DNA from: the human T2T-CHM13v2.0 reference genome, Homo sapiens
Length of the DNA: 64,000 bases
Strand: one strand, 5' to 3'
Assembly (NCBI RefSeq): GCF_009914755.1
Contig: NC_060933.1
The position numbers and the translations under genes were made by a program. This document shows positions 1-12,800 of this stretch, piece after piece (within the stretch, counting starts at the first letter, position 1; each line of letters starts with the position of its first letter). Under the pieces are notes generated by a model, which saw only the letters and a list, made by a program, of their open reading frames with translations, searched no databases and was not told the DNA's origin.

Positions 1-596
1 GAATGGAATGGAATGGAATGGAATCAACCCGAGTGCAATGGAATGGAGTGGAATGGAATGGAATGTAATGGAACAACCCGAATGGAATGGAATGTAATGG
101 AGAGTAAGGGAGTTGAATAGAATCAATCCGAATGTAATGGAATGGAATGGAACGGAATGGAATTGAATGGAATGGGATGGAATGCAATGGAATGGAATCA
201 ACCCGAGTGCAATGGAATGGAGAGGAATGGAATGGAATGGAATGGAAACTACCCGAATGGAATGGAATGTAATGGAGTGTAAGGGAATTGAATAGAATCA
301 ATCAGAATGTAATGGAATGGAATGGAACGGAATGGAATGGAATGGAATGGAATGGAATGCAATGGTATGGAATCAACCCGAGTGCAATCCAATGGAATCG
401 AATGGAATGGAATGCAATGGAATGGATTCAACTTGAATGGAATGGAAAGAATGGAATCAACACGAGTGGAATGGCATGGATTGGAATGGAATGGAATGGA
501 ATCAACCCGAGTACAGGGGAATGGAATGGAATGGAATGCAATGGAATGGAATCATCCGTAATGGAATGGAAAGGAATGGAATGGAATGGAATCAAC

Positions 597-610
597 TCGA
601 TTGCAATCGA
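597..610. other. Recurring perfect 14 bp palindrome TCGATTGCAATCGA (first copy)
   Basis: Self-reverse-complementary. It recurs throughout (e.g. 4441, 12149, 59579) and reads identically in the inverted block. Confidence 0.9.
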
Positions 611-802
611 ATGGAATGGAATGGAATTAACCCGAATAGAATGGAATGGAATGGAATGGGACGGAACGGAACGGAATGGAATGGAATGGAAGGGAATGGA
701 ATGGAACGGAAAGGAATGGAATGGAATGGAATGGAATGGAATGGAATGGAATGGAATCAACGCGAGTGCAGGGGAATGGAATGGAATGGAATGCAAAGGA
801 AT

Positions 803-817
803 GGAATCTTCCGGAAT
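803..817. promoter_or_regulatory. Perfect 3-unit heat shock element motif (first of ~38 copies in the window)
   Basis: gGAAt-cTTCc-gGAAt matches nGAAnnTTCnnGAAn exactly. The motif match is direct; occupancy is inferred. Confidence 0.6.
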
Positions 818-3800
818 TGAATGGAATGGAATGCAATGGAATGAAATGCAATGGATTCAACTCGATTGCAATGGAATGGAATAGAATGGAATGGAATGGA
901 ATGGAATGGAATGGAATGGAATGGAATGGAATGGAATTAACCCGAATAGAATGGAATGGAATGGAATGGAACGGAATGGAACCGAATGGAATGGAATGGA
1001 ATGGTATGGAATGGAATGGAATGGTACGGAATAGAATGGAATGGAACGAATTGTAATGGAATGGAATTGAATGGAATGGAATGGAATGGAATGGAATCAA
1101 CGCAAGTGCAGGGGAATGTAATGGAACGGAATGCAATGGAATGGAATCATCCGGAATGGAATGGAATGGAATGGAATGCAATGGAATGGAATCAACCCGA
1201 TTGCAATGGAATGGAGTGGAATGGAATGGAATGGAATGCAACAACCGGAATGGAATGGAATGTAATGGAGAGTAAGGGAGTTGAATAGAATCCATCCGAA
1301 TGTAATGGAATGGAATGCAAAGGAATGGAATGGAATGGAATGGAATGGAATGGAATGGAATGGAATGCAATGGAATGGAATCAACCCGAGGACAATGGAA
1401 TGGAATGGAATGGAATGGAATGGAATGGAATGGAATGGAATGGAATGCCTTCAAACCGAATGGAATGGAAAGGAAAGGAATCAACACGAGTGGAATGGAA
1501 TGGAATGGAATGGAATGGAATGGAATGGAATGGAATGATACGGAATAGAATGGAATGCAACGAAATGGAATGGAATGGAATGGAATGGAATGGAATGGAA
1601 TGGAATCGTTCCGAGTGGAATAGGAGGGAATGTATTCGAGTGGAATGGAAAGGAATGGAATCAACCATAGTGGAATGGAAGGGAATGGAATGGAATGGTA
1701 ACTAATAGAATGGAATCAACCCGAGTGGAATGGAATGGAAAGGACTGGAATGGAATGGAATGGAATGGAATGGAATCAACTCGATTGTAATGGAATGGAA
1801 TGGAATGGAATGGAATGGAATGGAATTAACCCGAATACAATGGAATGGAATGGAATGGAACGGAATGGAGTGGAATGGAATGGAATCAACCCGAGTGCAG
1901 GGGAATGGAATGGAATGGAATGCAATGGAATGGAATCATCCGGAATGGAATGGAATGGAATGGAATGCAAAGCAATGGAATCAACTCGATTGCAATGGAA
2001 TGTAATGGAATGGAAAGGAATACATTGGAATCAACCCGAGTGGAATGGAATGGAAAGGACTGGAATGGAGTGGAATGGAATGGAATGGAATGGAATCAAC
2101 TCGAATGGAATGGAATGGAATGGAATGGAATGGAATGGATTTAACCCGAATAGAATGGAATGGAATGGAATGGAAGGGAACGGAACGGAATGGAATGGAA
2201 TGGAATGGAATGGAATGGAATGGAATGGAATCAACCCGACTGCAGGGGAATGGAATGGAATGGAATGCAATGGAATGCATTCAACTTGAATGGAATGGAA
2301 AGAATGGAATCAACACGAGTGGAATGGCATGGATGGGAATGGAATGGAATGGAATCAACCCGAGTACAGGGGAATGGAATGGAATGGAATGCAATGGAAT
2401 GGAATCATCCGTAATGGAATGGAAAGGAATGGAATGGAATGGAATTAACCCGAATAGAATGGAATGGAACGGAATGGAACGGAATTGAATGGAATGGAAT
2501 GGAATGGAATGGAATGGAATGGAATGGAAAGGAACGGAAAGGAATGGAATGGAATGGAATGGAATGGAACGGAATGGAATGGAATGGAATCAACGCGAGT
2601 GCAGGGGAATGGAATGGAATGGAATGCAATGGAATGGAATCTTCCGGAATAGAATGGAATGGAATGGAATGGAATGGAATGAAATGCAATGGATTCAACT
2701 CGATTGCAATGGAATGTAATAGAATGGGATGGAATGGAATGGAATGGAATTAACCCGAATAGAATGGAATGGAATGGAATGGAACGGAATGGAACGGAAT
2801 GGAATGGAATGGAATGGAATGGAATGGAATGGAATGGTATGGAATGGAATGGAATGGTACGGAATAGAATGGAATGGAACGAATTGTAATGGAATGGAAT
2901 TGAATGGAATGGAATGGAATGGAAAGGAAGGGAATCAACGCGAGTGCAGGGGAATGTAATGGAACGGAATTCAATGGAATGGAATCATCTGGAATGGAAT
3001 GGAATGGAATAGAATGGAATGGAATGGAATGGAATGGAATGGAATCAACCCGAGAGCAATGGAATGGAGTGGAATGGAATGGAATGGAATGGAACAACCC
3101 GAATGGAATGGAATGGAATGGAGAGTAAGGGAGTTGAATAGAATCAATCCGAATGTAATGGAATGGAATGCAACGGAATGGAATGGAATGGAATGCAATG
3201 GAATGGAATGGAATGGAATGCAAAGGAATGGAATCAACCCGAGTGGAATGGCATGGAATGGAATGCAATGGATTGGAATGGAACGGAATCAACTCGAGTG
3301 GAAAGGAATGGAATGGAATGGAAAGGAATGGAATGAAGTCAACTCGAGTGGAATGGAATGGAATGGAATGGATTGCAATGGATTACAATGGAATGAAATG
3401 GAATGGAATGGAATAGAATCAATCATTCCGAGTGGAATGGAAGAGAATGTAATGGAGTGGAAAGAAGGGAATGGAATCAACCCGAGTGGAATGCAAGGCA
3501 ATGGAATGGAATGGAAAGGAATGGAATGGAATCAACTCGATTGCAATGGAATGGAATGGAATGGAATGGAATGGAATGGAATTAACCGGAATAGAATGGA
3601 ATGGAATGGAATGGAACGGAATGGAATGGAATGGAAGGGAATGGAATCAACACGAGTGCAGGGGAATGGAATGGAATGGAATGCAATGGAATGGAATCAT
3701 CCGGAATGGAATGGAATGGAATGGAATCAACTCCATTGCAATGGAATGGAATGGAATGGAATGGAATAGAATGGAATGGAATTAACCCGAATAGAAGGGA

Positions 3801-6800
3801 ATGCAATAGAATGGAATGCAACGGAACCGAATGGAGTGGAATGGAATGGAATGGAAACAACCCGAGTACAGGGGAATGGAATGCAATGGAATGGAGTCAT
3901 CCGTAATGGAATGGAAAGGAATGGAATGGAAAGGAATGGAATGGAATGGAATGGAAAGGAATGGAATCAACTCGATGGCAATCGAATGGAATGGAATGGA
4001 ATTAACCCGAATAGAATGGAATGGAATGGAATGGAACGGAACGGAATGGAATGGAATGGAATGGAATGGAATGGAACGAAAAGGAAGGGAATGGAATGGA
4101 ATAGAAAGGAATAGAATGGAATCAACGCGAGTGCAGGGGAATGGAATGGAATGGAATGCAATGGAATGGAATCAACCCGACTGCAATCGAATGGAATCGA
4201 ATGGAATGGAATGCAATGGAATGGATTCAACTATGATGGAATGGAAAGAATGGAATCAACACGAGTGGAAGGGCATGGATTGGAGTGGAAGGGCATGGAT
4301 TTGAATAGAATGGAATGGAATCAACCCGAGTACAGGGGAATGGAATGGAATGGAATGCAATGGAATGGAATCATCCGTAATGGAATGGAAAGGAATGGAA
4401 TGGAATGGAATGGAATGGAATGGAATGGAATGGAATCAACTCGATTGCAATCGAATGGAATGGAATGGAATTAACCCGAATAGAATGGAATGGAATGGAA
4501 TGGAACGGAACGGAATGGAATGGAATGGAATGGAATGGAATGGAATGGAACGGAAAGGAAGGGAATGGAATGGAATAGAATGGAATAGAATGGAATCAAC
4601 GCGAGTGCAGGGGAATGGAATGGAATGGAATGCAATGGAATGGAATATTCCGGAATGGAATGGAATGGAATGGAATGGAATCAACCCGAGTGCAATGTAA
4701 TGGAGTGGAATGGAATGGAATGGAATGGAACAACCCGAATGGAATGGAATGGAATGGAGAGTAAGGGAGTTGAATAGAATCAATCCGAATGTAATGGAAT
4801 GGAATGGAACGGAATAGAATGGAATGGAATGGAATGGAATGCAATGGAATGGAATCAACCCGAGTGCAATGAAATGGAGAGGAATGGAATGGAATGGAAT
4901 GGAAACTACCCGAATGGAATGGAATGTAATGGAGTGTAAGGGAATTGAATAGGATCAATCCGAATGCAATGGAATGGAATGGAATGGAAAGGAATGGAAT
5001 GGAATGGAATGTTATGGAACGCAATCAACCCGAGTGCAATCGAATGGAATCGAATGGAATGGAATGCAATGGAATGGAATCAACTTGAATGGAATGGAAA
5101 GAATGGAAACAACACGAGTGGAATGGCATGGATTGGAATGGAATGGAATGGAATCAACCCGAGTACAGGGGAATGGAATGGAATGGAATGCAATGGAATG
5201 GAATCATCCGTAATGGAATGGAAAGGAATGGAATGGAATGGAATGGAATGGAATGGAATGGAATGGAATGGAATGGAATCAACTCGATTGCAATCGAATG
5301 GAATGAAATGGAATTAACCCGAATAGAATGGAATGGAATGGAATGGAACGGAATGGAACGGAACGGAACGGAACGGAGTGGAATGGAATGGAATGGTGTT
5401 GTATGGAATGGAATGGCATGGTACGGAATAGAATGGAATGGAAAGAATTGGAATGGAATGGAATCGAATGGAATGGAATGGAATGGAATGGAATCAACCC
5501 GAGTGCAGGGGAATGTAATGGAATGGAATGCAATGGAATGGAATCATCCGGAATGGAATGGAATGGAATGGAATGGAATGGAATGGAATGGAATCAACCC
5601 GAGTGCAATGGAATGGAGTGGAATGGAATGGAATGGAATGGAACAACCCGAATGGAATGGAATGTAATGGAGAGTTAGGGAGTTGAATAGAATCAATCCG
5701 AATGTAATGGAATGGAACGGAATGGAATGGAATGGAATGGAATGGAATGGAATGGAATGGAATGCAATGAAATGGAATCAACCCGAGTACAATGGAACGG
5801 AATGGAATGGAATGGAATGGAATGATACGGAATAGAATGGAATGGAACGAAATGGAATGGAGTGGAATGGAATGGAATGGAATGGAATGGAATGGAATCG
5901 TTCCGAGTGGAATAGGAGAGAATGTATTCGAGTGGAATGGAAAGGAATGGAATCAACCAGAGTGGAATGGAAGGGAATGGAATGGAATGGAAACTAATAG
6001 AATGGAATCAACCCGAGTGGAATGGAATGGAAAGGACTGGAATGGAATGGAATGGAATGGAATGGAATGGAATGGAATCAACCCGAGTGCAGTGGAATGG
6101 TGTGGAATGGAATGGAATGGAATGGAACACCCCGAATGGAATGGAATGTAATGGAGAGTAAGGGAGTTGAATAGAATCAATCCGAATGTAATGGAAAGGA
6201 ACGGAATGGAATGGAATGGAATGGAATGGAATGCAATGGAATGGAATAAACCCGAGTGCAATCGAATGGAATCGAATTGAATGGAATGCAATGCAATGGA
6301 TTCAACTTGAATGGAATGGAAAGAATGGAATCAACACGAGTGGAATGGCATGGATTGGAATGGAATGGAATCGAATCAACCCGAGTACAGGGGAATGGAA
6401 TGGAATGGAATGCAATGGAATGGAATCATCCGTAATGGAATGGAAAGGAATGGAATGGAATGGAATGGAATGGAATGGAATGGAATGGAATCAACTGGTT
6501 TGCAATCGAATGGAATGGAATGGAATTAACCCGAATGGAATGGAATGGAATAGAATGGAAGGGAACGGAATGGAATGGAATGGAATGGAATGGAATGGAA
6601 CGGAACGGAATGGAATGGAATGGTATGGAATGGAATCAACGCGAGTGCAGGGGAATGGAATGGAAAGGAATGCAATGGAATGGAATCTTCCGGAATGGAA
6701 TGGAATGGAATGGAATGGAATGGAATGGAATGGAATGGAATGAAATGCAATGGATTCAACTCGATTGCAATGGAATGAAATAGAATGTAATGGAATGGAA

Positions 6801-9800
6801 TGGAATGGAATTAATCCGAATAGAATGGAATGGAATGGAATGGAACGGAATGGAACGGAATGGAATGGAATGGAATGGAATGGAATGGTATGGAATGGAA
6901 TGGAATGGTACAGAATAGAATGGAATGGAACGAATTGTAATGGAATGGAATTGAATGGAATGGAATGGAATGGAATGGAATCAACGCGAGTGCAGGGGAA
7001 TGTAATGGAACGGAATGCAATGGAATGGAATCATCCGGAATGGAAAGGAATGGAATGGAATCAACCCGAGTGCAATGGAATGGAGTGGAATGGAATGGAA
7101 CAACCCGAATGGAATGTAATGTAATGGAGAGTAAGGGAGTTGAATAGAATCAATCCGAATGTAATGGAATGGAATGCAACGGAATGGAATGGAATGGAAT
7201 GGAATGGAATGCAATGGAATGGAATGGAATGATACGGAATAGAATGGAATGGAACGAAATGGAATGGAATGGAATGGAATGGAATGGAATGGAATGGAAT
7301 GGAATCGTTCCGAGTGGAATAGGAGGGAATGTATTCGAGTGGAATTTAAAGGAATGGAATCAACCAGAGTGGAATGGAAGGGAATGGAATGGAATGGAAA
7401 CTAATAGAATGGAATCAACCCGAGTGGAATGGAATGGAAAGGACTGGAATGCAATGGAATTGAATGGAATCAACTCGATTGTAATGGAATGGAATGGAAT
7501 GGAATAGAATGGAATGGAATTAACCCGAATACAATGGAATGGAATGGAATGGAATGGAATGGAGTGGAAAGGAATGGAATCAACCCGAGTGCAGGGGAAT
7601 GGAATGGAATGGAATGCAATGGAATGGAATCATCCGGAATGGAATGGAATGGAATGGAATGCAAAGCAATGGAATCAACTCGATTGCAATGGAAAGGAAT
7701 GGAATGGAAAGGAATACATTGGAATAAACCCGAGTGGAATGGAATGGAAAGGACTGGAATGGAGTGGAATGGAATGGAATGGAATTGAATGGAATGCAAT
7801 GGAATGGAATCAACTTGATTGGAATGGAATGAAATGGAATGGAATGGAATGGAATGGAATGGAATCAACCCGACTGCAGGGGAATGGAATGGAATGGAAT
7901 GCAACGGAATGGATTCAACTTGAATGGAATGGAAAGAATGGAATCAACACGAGTGGAATGGCATGGATTGGAATGGAATGGAATGGAATCAACCCGAGTA
8001 CAGGGGAATGGAATGGAATGGAATGCAATGGAATGGAATCATCCGTAATGGAATGGAATGGAATGGAATGGAATGGAATCAACTCGATTGCAATCGAATG
8101 GAATGGAATGGAAATAACCCGAATAGAATGGAATGGAATGGAATGGAACGGAACGGAATGGAATGGAATGCAATGGAATGGAATGGAATGGAACGGAATG
8201 GAATGGAATGGAATGGAATGGAATCAACGCGAGTGCAGGGGAATGGAATGGAATGGAATGCAATGGAATGGAAACTTCCGGAATGTAATGGAATGGAATG
8301 GAATGGAATGAAATGCAATGGATTCAACTCGATTGCAATGGAATGGAATAGAATGGAATGGAATGGAATGGAATGGAATTAATCTGAATAGAATGGAATG
8401 GAATGGAATGGAACGGAATGGAAAAGAATGGAATGGAATGGAATGGAATGGAATGGAATGGTATGGTATGGAATGGAATGGTACGGAATAGAATGGAATG
8501 GAACGAATTGTAATGGAATGGAATTGAATGGAATGGAATGGAATCAACGCGAGTGCAGGGGAATGTAATGGAAAGGAATGCAATGGAATGGAATCATCCG
8601 GAATGGAATGGAATGGAATTGAATGGAATGGAATCAACCCGAGTGCAATGGAATGGAGTGGAATGGAATGGAATGGAATGGAATAACCCGAATGGAATGT
8701 AATGTAATGGAGAATAAGGGAGTTGAATAGAATCAATCCGAATGGAAAGGAATGGAATGGAATGGAATGCAATGGAATGGAATCAACCCGAGTACAATGG
8801 AATGGAATGGAATGGAATGGAATGGAATGGAATGGAATGGAATGGAATGATACGGAATAGAATGGAATGGAACGAAAAGGAATGGAATGGAATGGAATGG
8901 AATGGAATGGAATGGAATGGAATGGAATCGTTCCGAGTGGAATAGGAGGGAATGTATTCGAGTGGAATGGAAAGGAATGGAATCAACCAGAGTGGAATGG
9001 AAGGGAATGGATTGGAATGGAATCTAATAGAATGGAATCAACCAGAGAGGAATGGAATGGAAAGGACTGGAATGCAATGGAATGGAATGGAATCAACTCG
9101 ATTGTAATTGAATGGAATGGAATGGAATGGAATGGAATTAACCCGAATACAATGGAATGGAATGGAATGGAATGGAACGGAATGGAGTGGAATGGAATGG
9201 AATCAACCCGAATGCAGGGGAATGGAATGGAATGGAATGCAATGGAATGGAATCATCCGGAATGTAATGGAATGGAATGGAATGCAAAGCAATGGAATCA
9301 ACTCGATTGCAATGGAATGGAATGGAATGGAAAGGAATACATTGGAATCAACCCGAGTGCAATGGAATGGAAAGGACTGGAATGCAGTGGAATGGAATGG
9401 AATGGAATGGAATGGAATGGAATGGAATCAACTTGATTGGAATGGAATGGAATGGAATGGAATGGAATGGAATTAACCCGAATAGAAAGGAATGGAATGG
9501 AATGGAACGGAACGGAACGGATTGGAATGGAATGGAATGGAATGGAATCAACCCGACTGCAGGGGAATGGAATGGAATGGAATGCAATGGAATGGATTCA
9601 ACTTGAATGGAATGTAAAGAATGGAATCAACACGAGTGGAATGGCATGGATTGGAATGAAATGGAATGGAATCAACCCGAGTACAGGGGAATGGAATGGA
9701 ATGGAATGCAATGGAATGGAATCATCCGTAATGGAATGGAAAGGAATGGAATGGAATGGAATGGAATGGAATGCAATGGAATGGAATGGAATCAACTCGA

Positions 9801-12800
9801 TGGCAATCGAATGGAATGGAATGGAATTAACCCGAATAGAATGGAATGGAATGGAATGGAACGGAACGGAAAGGAATGGAATGGAATTGAATGGAATGGA
9901 ATGGAATGAAATGGAATCAACCCGAGTGCAGGAGAAAGTAATGGAACGGAATGCAATGGAATGGAATCATCCGGAATGGAATTGAATGGAATCAACCCGA
10001 GTGCAATGGAAGGGAGTGGAATGGAATGGAATGGAATGGAACAACCCGAATGGAATGGAATGTAATGGAGAGTAAGGGAGTTGAAAAGAATGAATCCGAA
10101 TGTAATGGAATGGAATGGAACGGAATGGAATGGAATGGAATGGAATGGAATGCAATGGAATGGAATCAACCCGAGTACAATGGAATGGAATGGAATGGAA
10201 TGGAATGGAATGGAATTTAATGCAATGGAATGGAATCTTCCGGAATGGAATGGAATGGAATGGAATGGAATGGAATGGAATGCAATGGATTCAACCCGAT
10301 TGCAATGGAATGGAATAGAATGGAATGGAATGGAATGGAATGGAATTAAACCGAATAGAATGGAATGGAATGGAATGGAACGGAACGGAACGGAACGTAA
10401 CGGAACGGAACGGAACGGAGTGGAATGGAATGGAATGGAATTGTATGGAATGGAACGGAAAGGAATGGAATGGAATGGAATGGAATGGAATGGAATGGAA
10501 TCAACGCTAGTGCAGGGGAATGGAATGGAATCGAATGGAATGGAAAGGAATGGAATGGAATCAACGCGAGTGCAGGGGAATGGAATGGAATGGAATGCAA
10601 TGGAATGGAAACTTCCGGAATGGAATGGAATGGAATGGAATGGAATGAAATGCAATGGATTCAACTCGATTGCAATGGAATGGAATAGAATGGAATGGAA
10701 TGGAATGGAATGGAATTAATTCGAATAGAATGTAATGGAATGGAATGGAACGGAATGGAACCGAATGGAATGGAATGGAATGGAATGGTATGGAATGGCA
10801 TGGAATGGTACGGAATAGAATGGAATGGAACGAATTGTAATGGAATGGAATGGAATGGAATGGAATGGAATGGAATGGAATCAACGCGAGTGCAGGGGAA
10901 TGTAATGGAACGGAATGCAATGGAATGGAATCATCCGGAATGGAATGGAATGGAATGGAATGGAATGGAATCAACCCGAGTGCAATGGAATGGAGTGGAA
11001 TGGAATGGAATGGAATGGAACAACCCGAATGGAATGGAATGTAATGGAGAGTAAGGGAGTTGAATAGAATCAATCCGAATGTAATGGAATGGAATGCAAC
11101 GGAATGGAATGGAATGGAATGGAATGGAATGCAATGGAATTGAATCAACCCGAGTACAATGGAATGGATTGGAATGGAATGGAATGGAATGGAATGGAAT
11201 GGAATGGAATGATACGGAATAGAATGGAATGGAACGAAATGGAATGGAATGGAATGGAATGGAATGGAATGGAATGGAATCGTTCTGAGTGGAATAGGAG
11301 GGAATGTATTCGAGTGGAATGGAAAGGAATGGAAAAAACATGAGTGGAATGGAAGGGAATGGAATGGAATGGAAACAAATAGAATGGAATCAACCCGAGA
11401 GGAATGGAATCGAAAGGACTGGAATGGAATGGAATGGAATGGAATCAACTCGATTGTAATGGAATGGAATGGAATGGAATGGAATGGAATGCAATGGAAT
11501 TAACCCGAATACAATGCAATGGAATGGAATGGAACGGAATGGAGTGGAATCGAATGGAATCAACCCGAGTGCAGGGGAATGGAATGGAATGGAATGCAAT
11601 GGAATGGAATCATCCGGAATGGAATGGAATGGAATGGAATGCAAAGCAATGGAATCAACTCGATTGCAATGGAATGGAATGGAATGGAAAGGAATACATT
11701 GGAATCAACCCGAGTGGAATGGAATGGAAAGGAATGGAATGGAGTGGAATGGAATGGAATGGAATGGAATGGAATCAACTCGATTGCAATGGAATGGAAT
11801 GGAATGGAATGGAATGGAACGGAATGGAATTCATCCGAATAGAATGGAATGGAATGGAATGGAACGGAACGGAATGGAATGGAATGGAATGGAATGGAAT
11901 GGAATGGAATGGAAACAACCCGACTGCAGGGGAATGGAATGGAATGGAATGCAATGGAATGGATTCAACTTGAATGGAATGGAAAGAATGGAATCAACAC
12001 GAGTGGAATGGCATGGATTGGAATGGAATGGAATGGAATCAACACGAGTACAGGGGAATGGAATGGAATGGAATGCAATGGAATGGAATCATCCGTAATG
12101 GAATGGAATGGAATGGAATGGAATGGAACGGAATGGAATGGAATCAACTCGATTGCAATCGAATGGAATGGAATGGAATTAACCCGAATAAAATGGAATG
12201 GAATGGAATGGAACGGAACGGAACGGAATGGAATGGAATGGAATGGAATGGAATGGAATGGAATGGAACGGAAAGGAATGGAATGGAATGGAATGGAATG
12301 GAATGGAATGGAATGGAATGGAATCAACGCGAGTGCAGGGGAATGGAATGGAATGGAATGCAATGGAATGGAATGCAATGCCATGGAATCAACCCGAGTG
12401 CAATAGAATGGAATCGAATAGAATGGAATGCAATGGAATGGATTCAACTTGAATGGAATGGAAAGAATGGAATCAACACGAGTGGAATGGCATGGATTGG
12501 AATGGAATGGAATGGAATCAACCCGAGTACAGGGAAATGGAATGGAATGGAATGCAATGGAATGGAATCATCCGTAATGGAATGGAAAGGAATGGAATGG
12601 AATGGAATGGAATGGAATGGAATCAACTCGATTGCAATCGAATGGAATGTAATGGAATTAACCTGAATAGAATGGAATGGAATGGAATGGAACGGAACAG
12701 AACGGAATGGAATGGATTGGAATGGAATGGAATGGAATGGAATGGAACGGAAAGGAATGGAATGGAATGGAATGGAATGGAATGGAATGGAATCAACTCG

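Noticed and set aside
99-113. G-quadruplex at the GGAGAGTAAGGGAG / CAGGGG modules
   Set aside because: G3+ tracts are isolated, never four in proximity.
599-608. C/EBP or DUX4 site in GATTGCAATC / TTAACCCGAAT
   Set aside because: The spacing does not match ATTGCGCAAT or TAAYYBAATCA.
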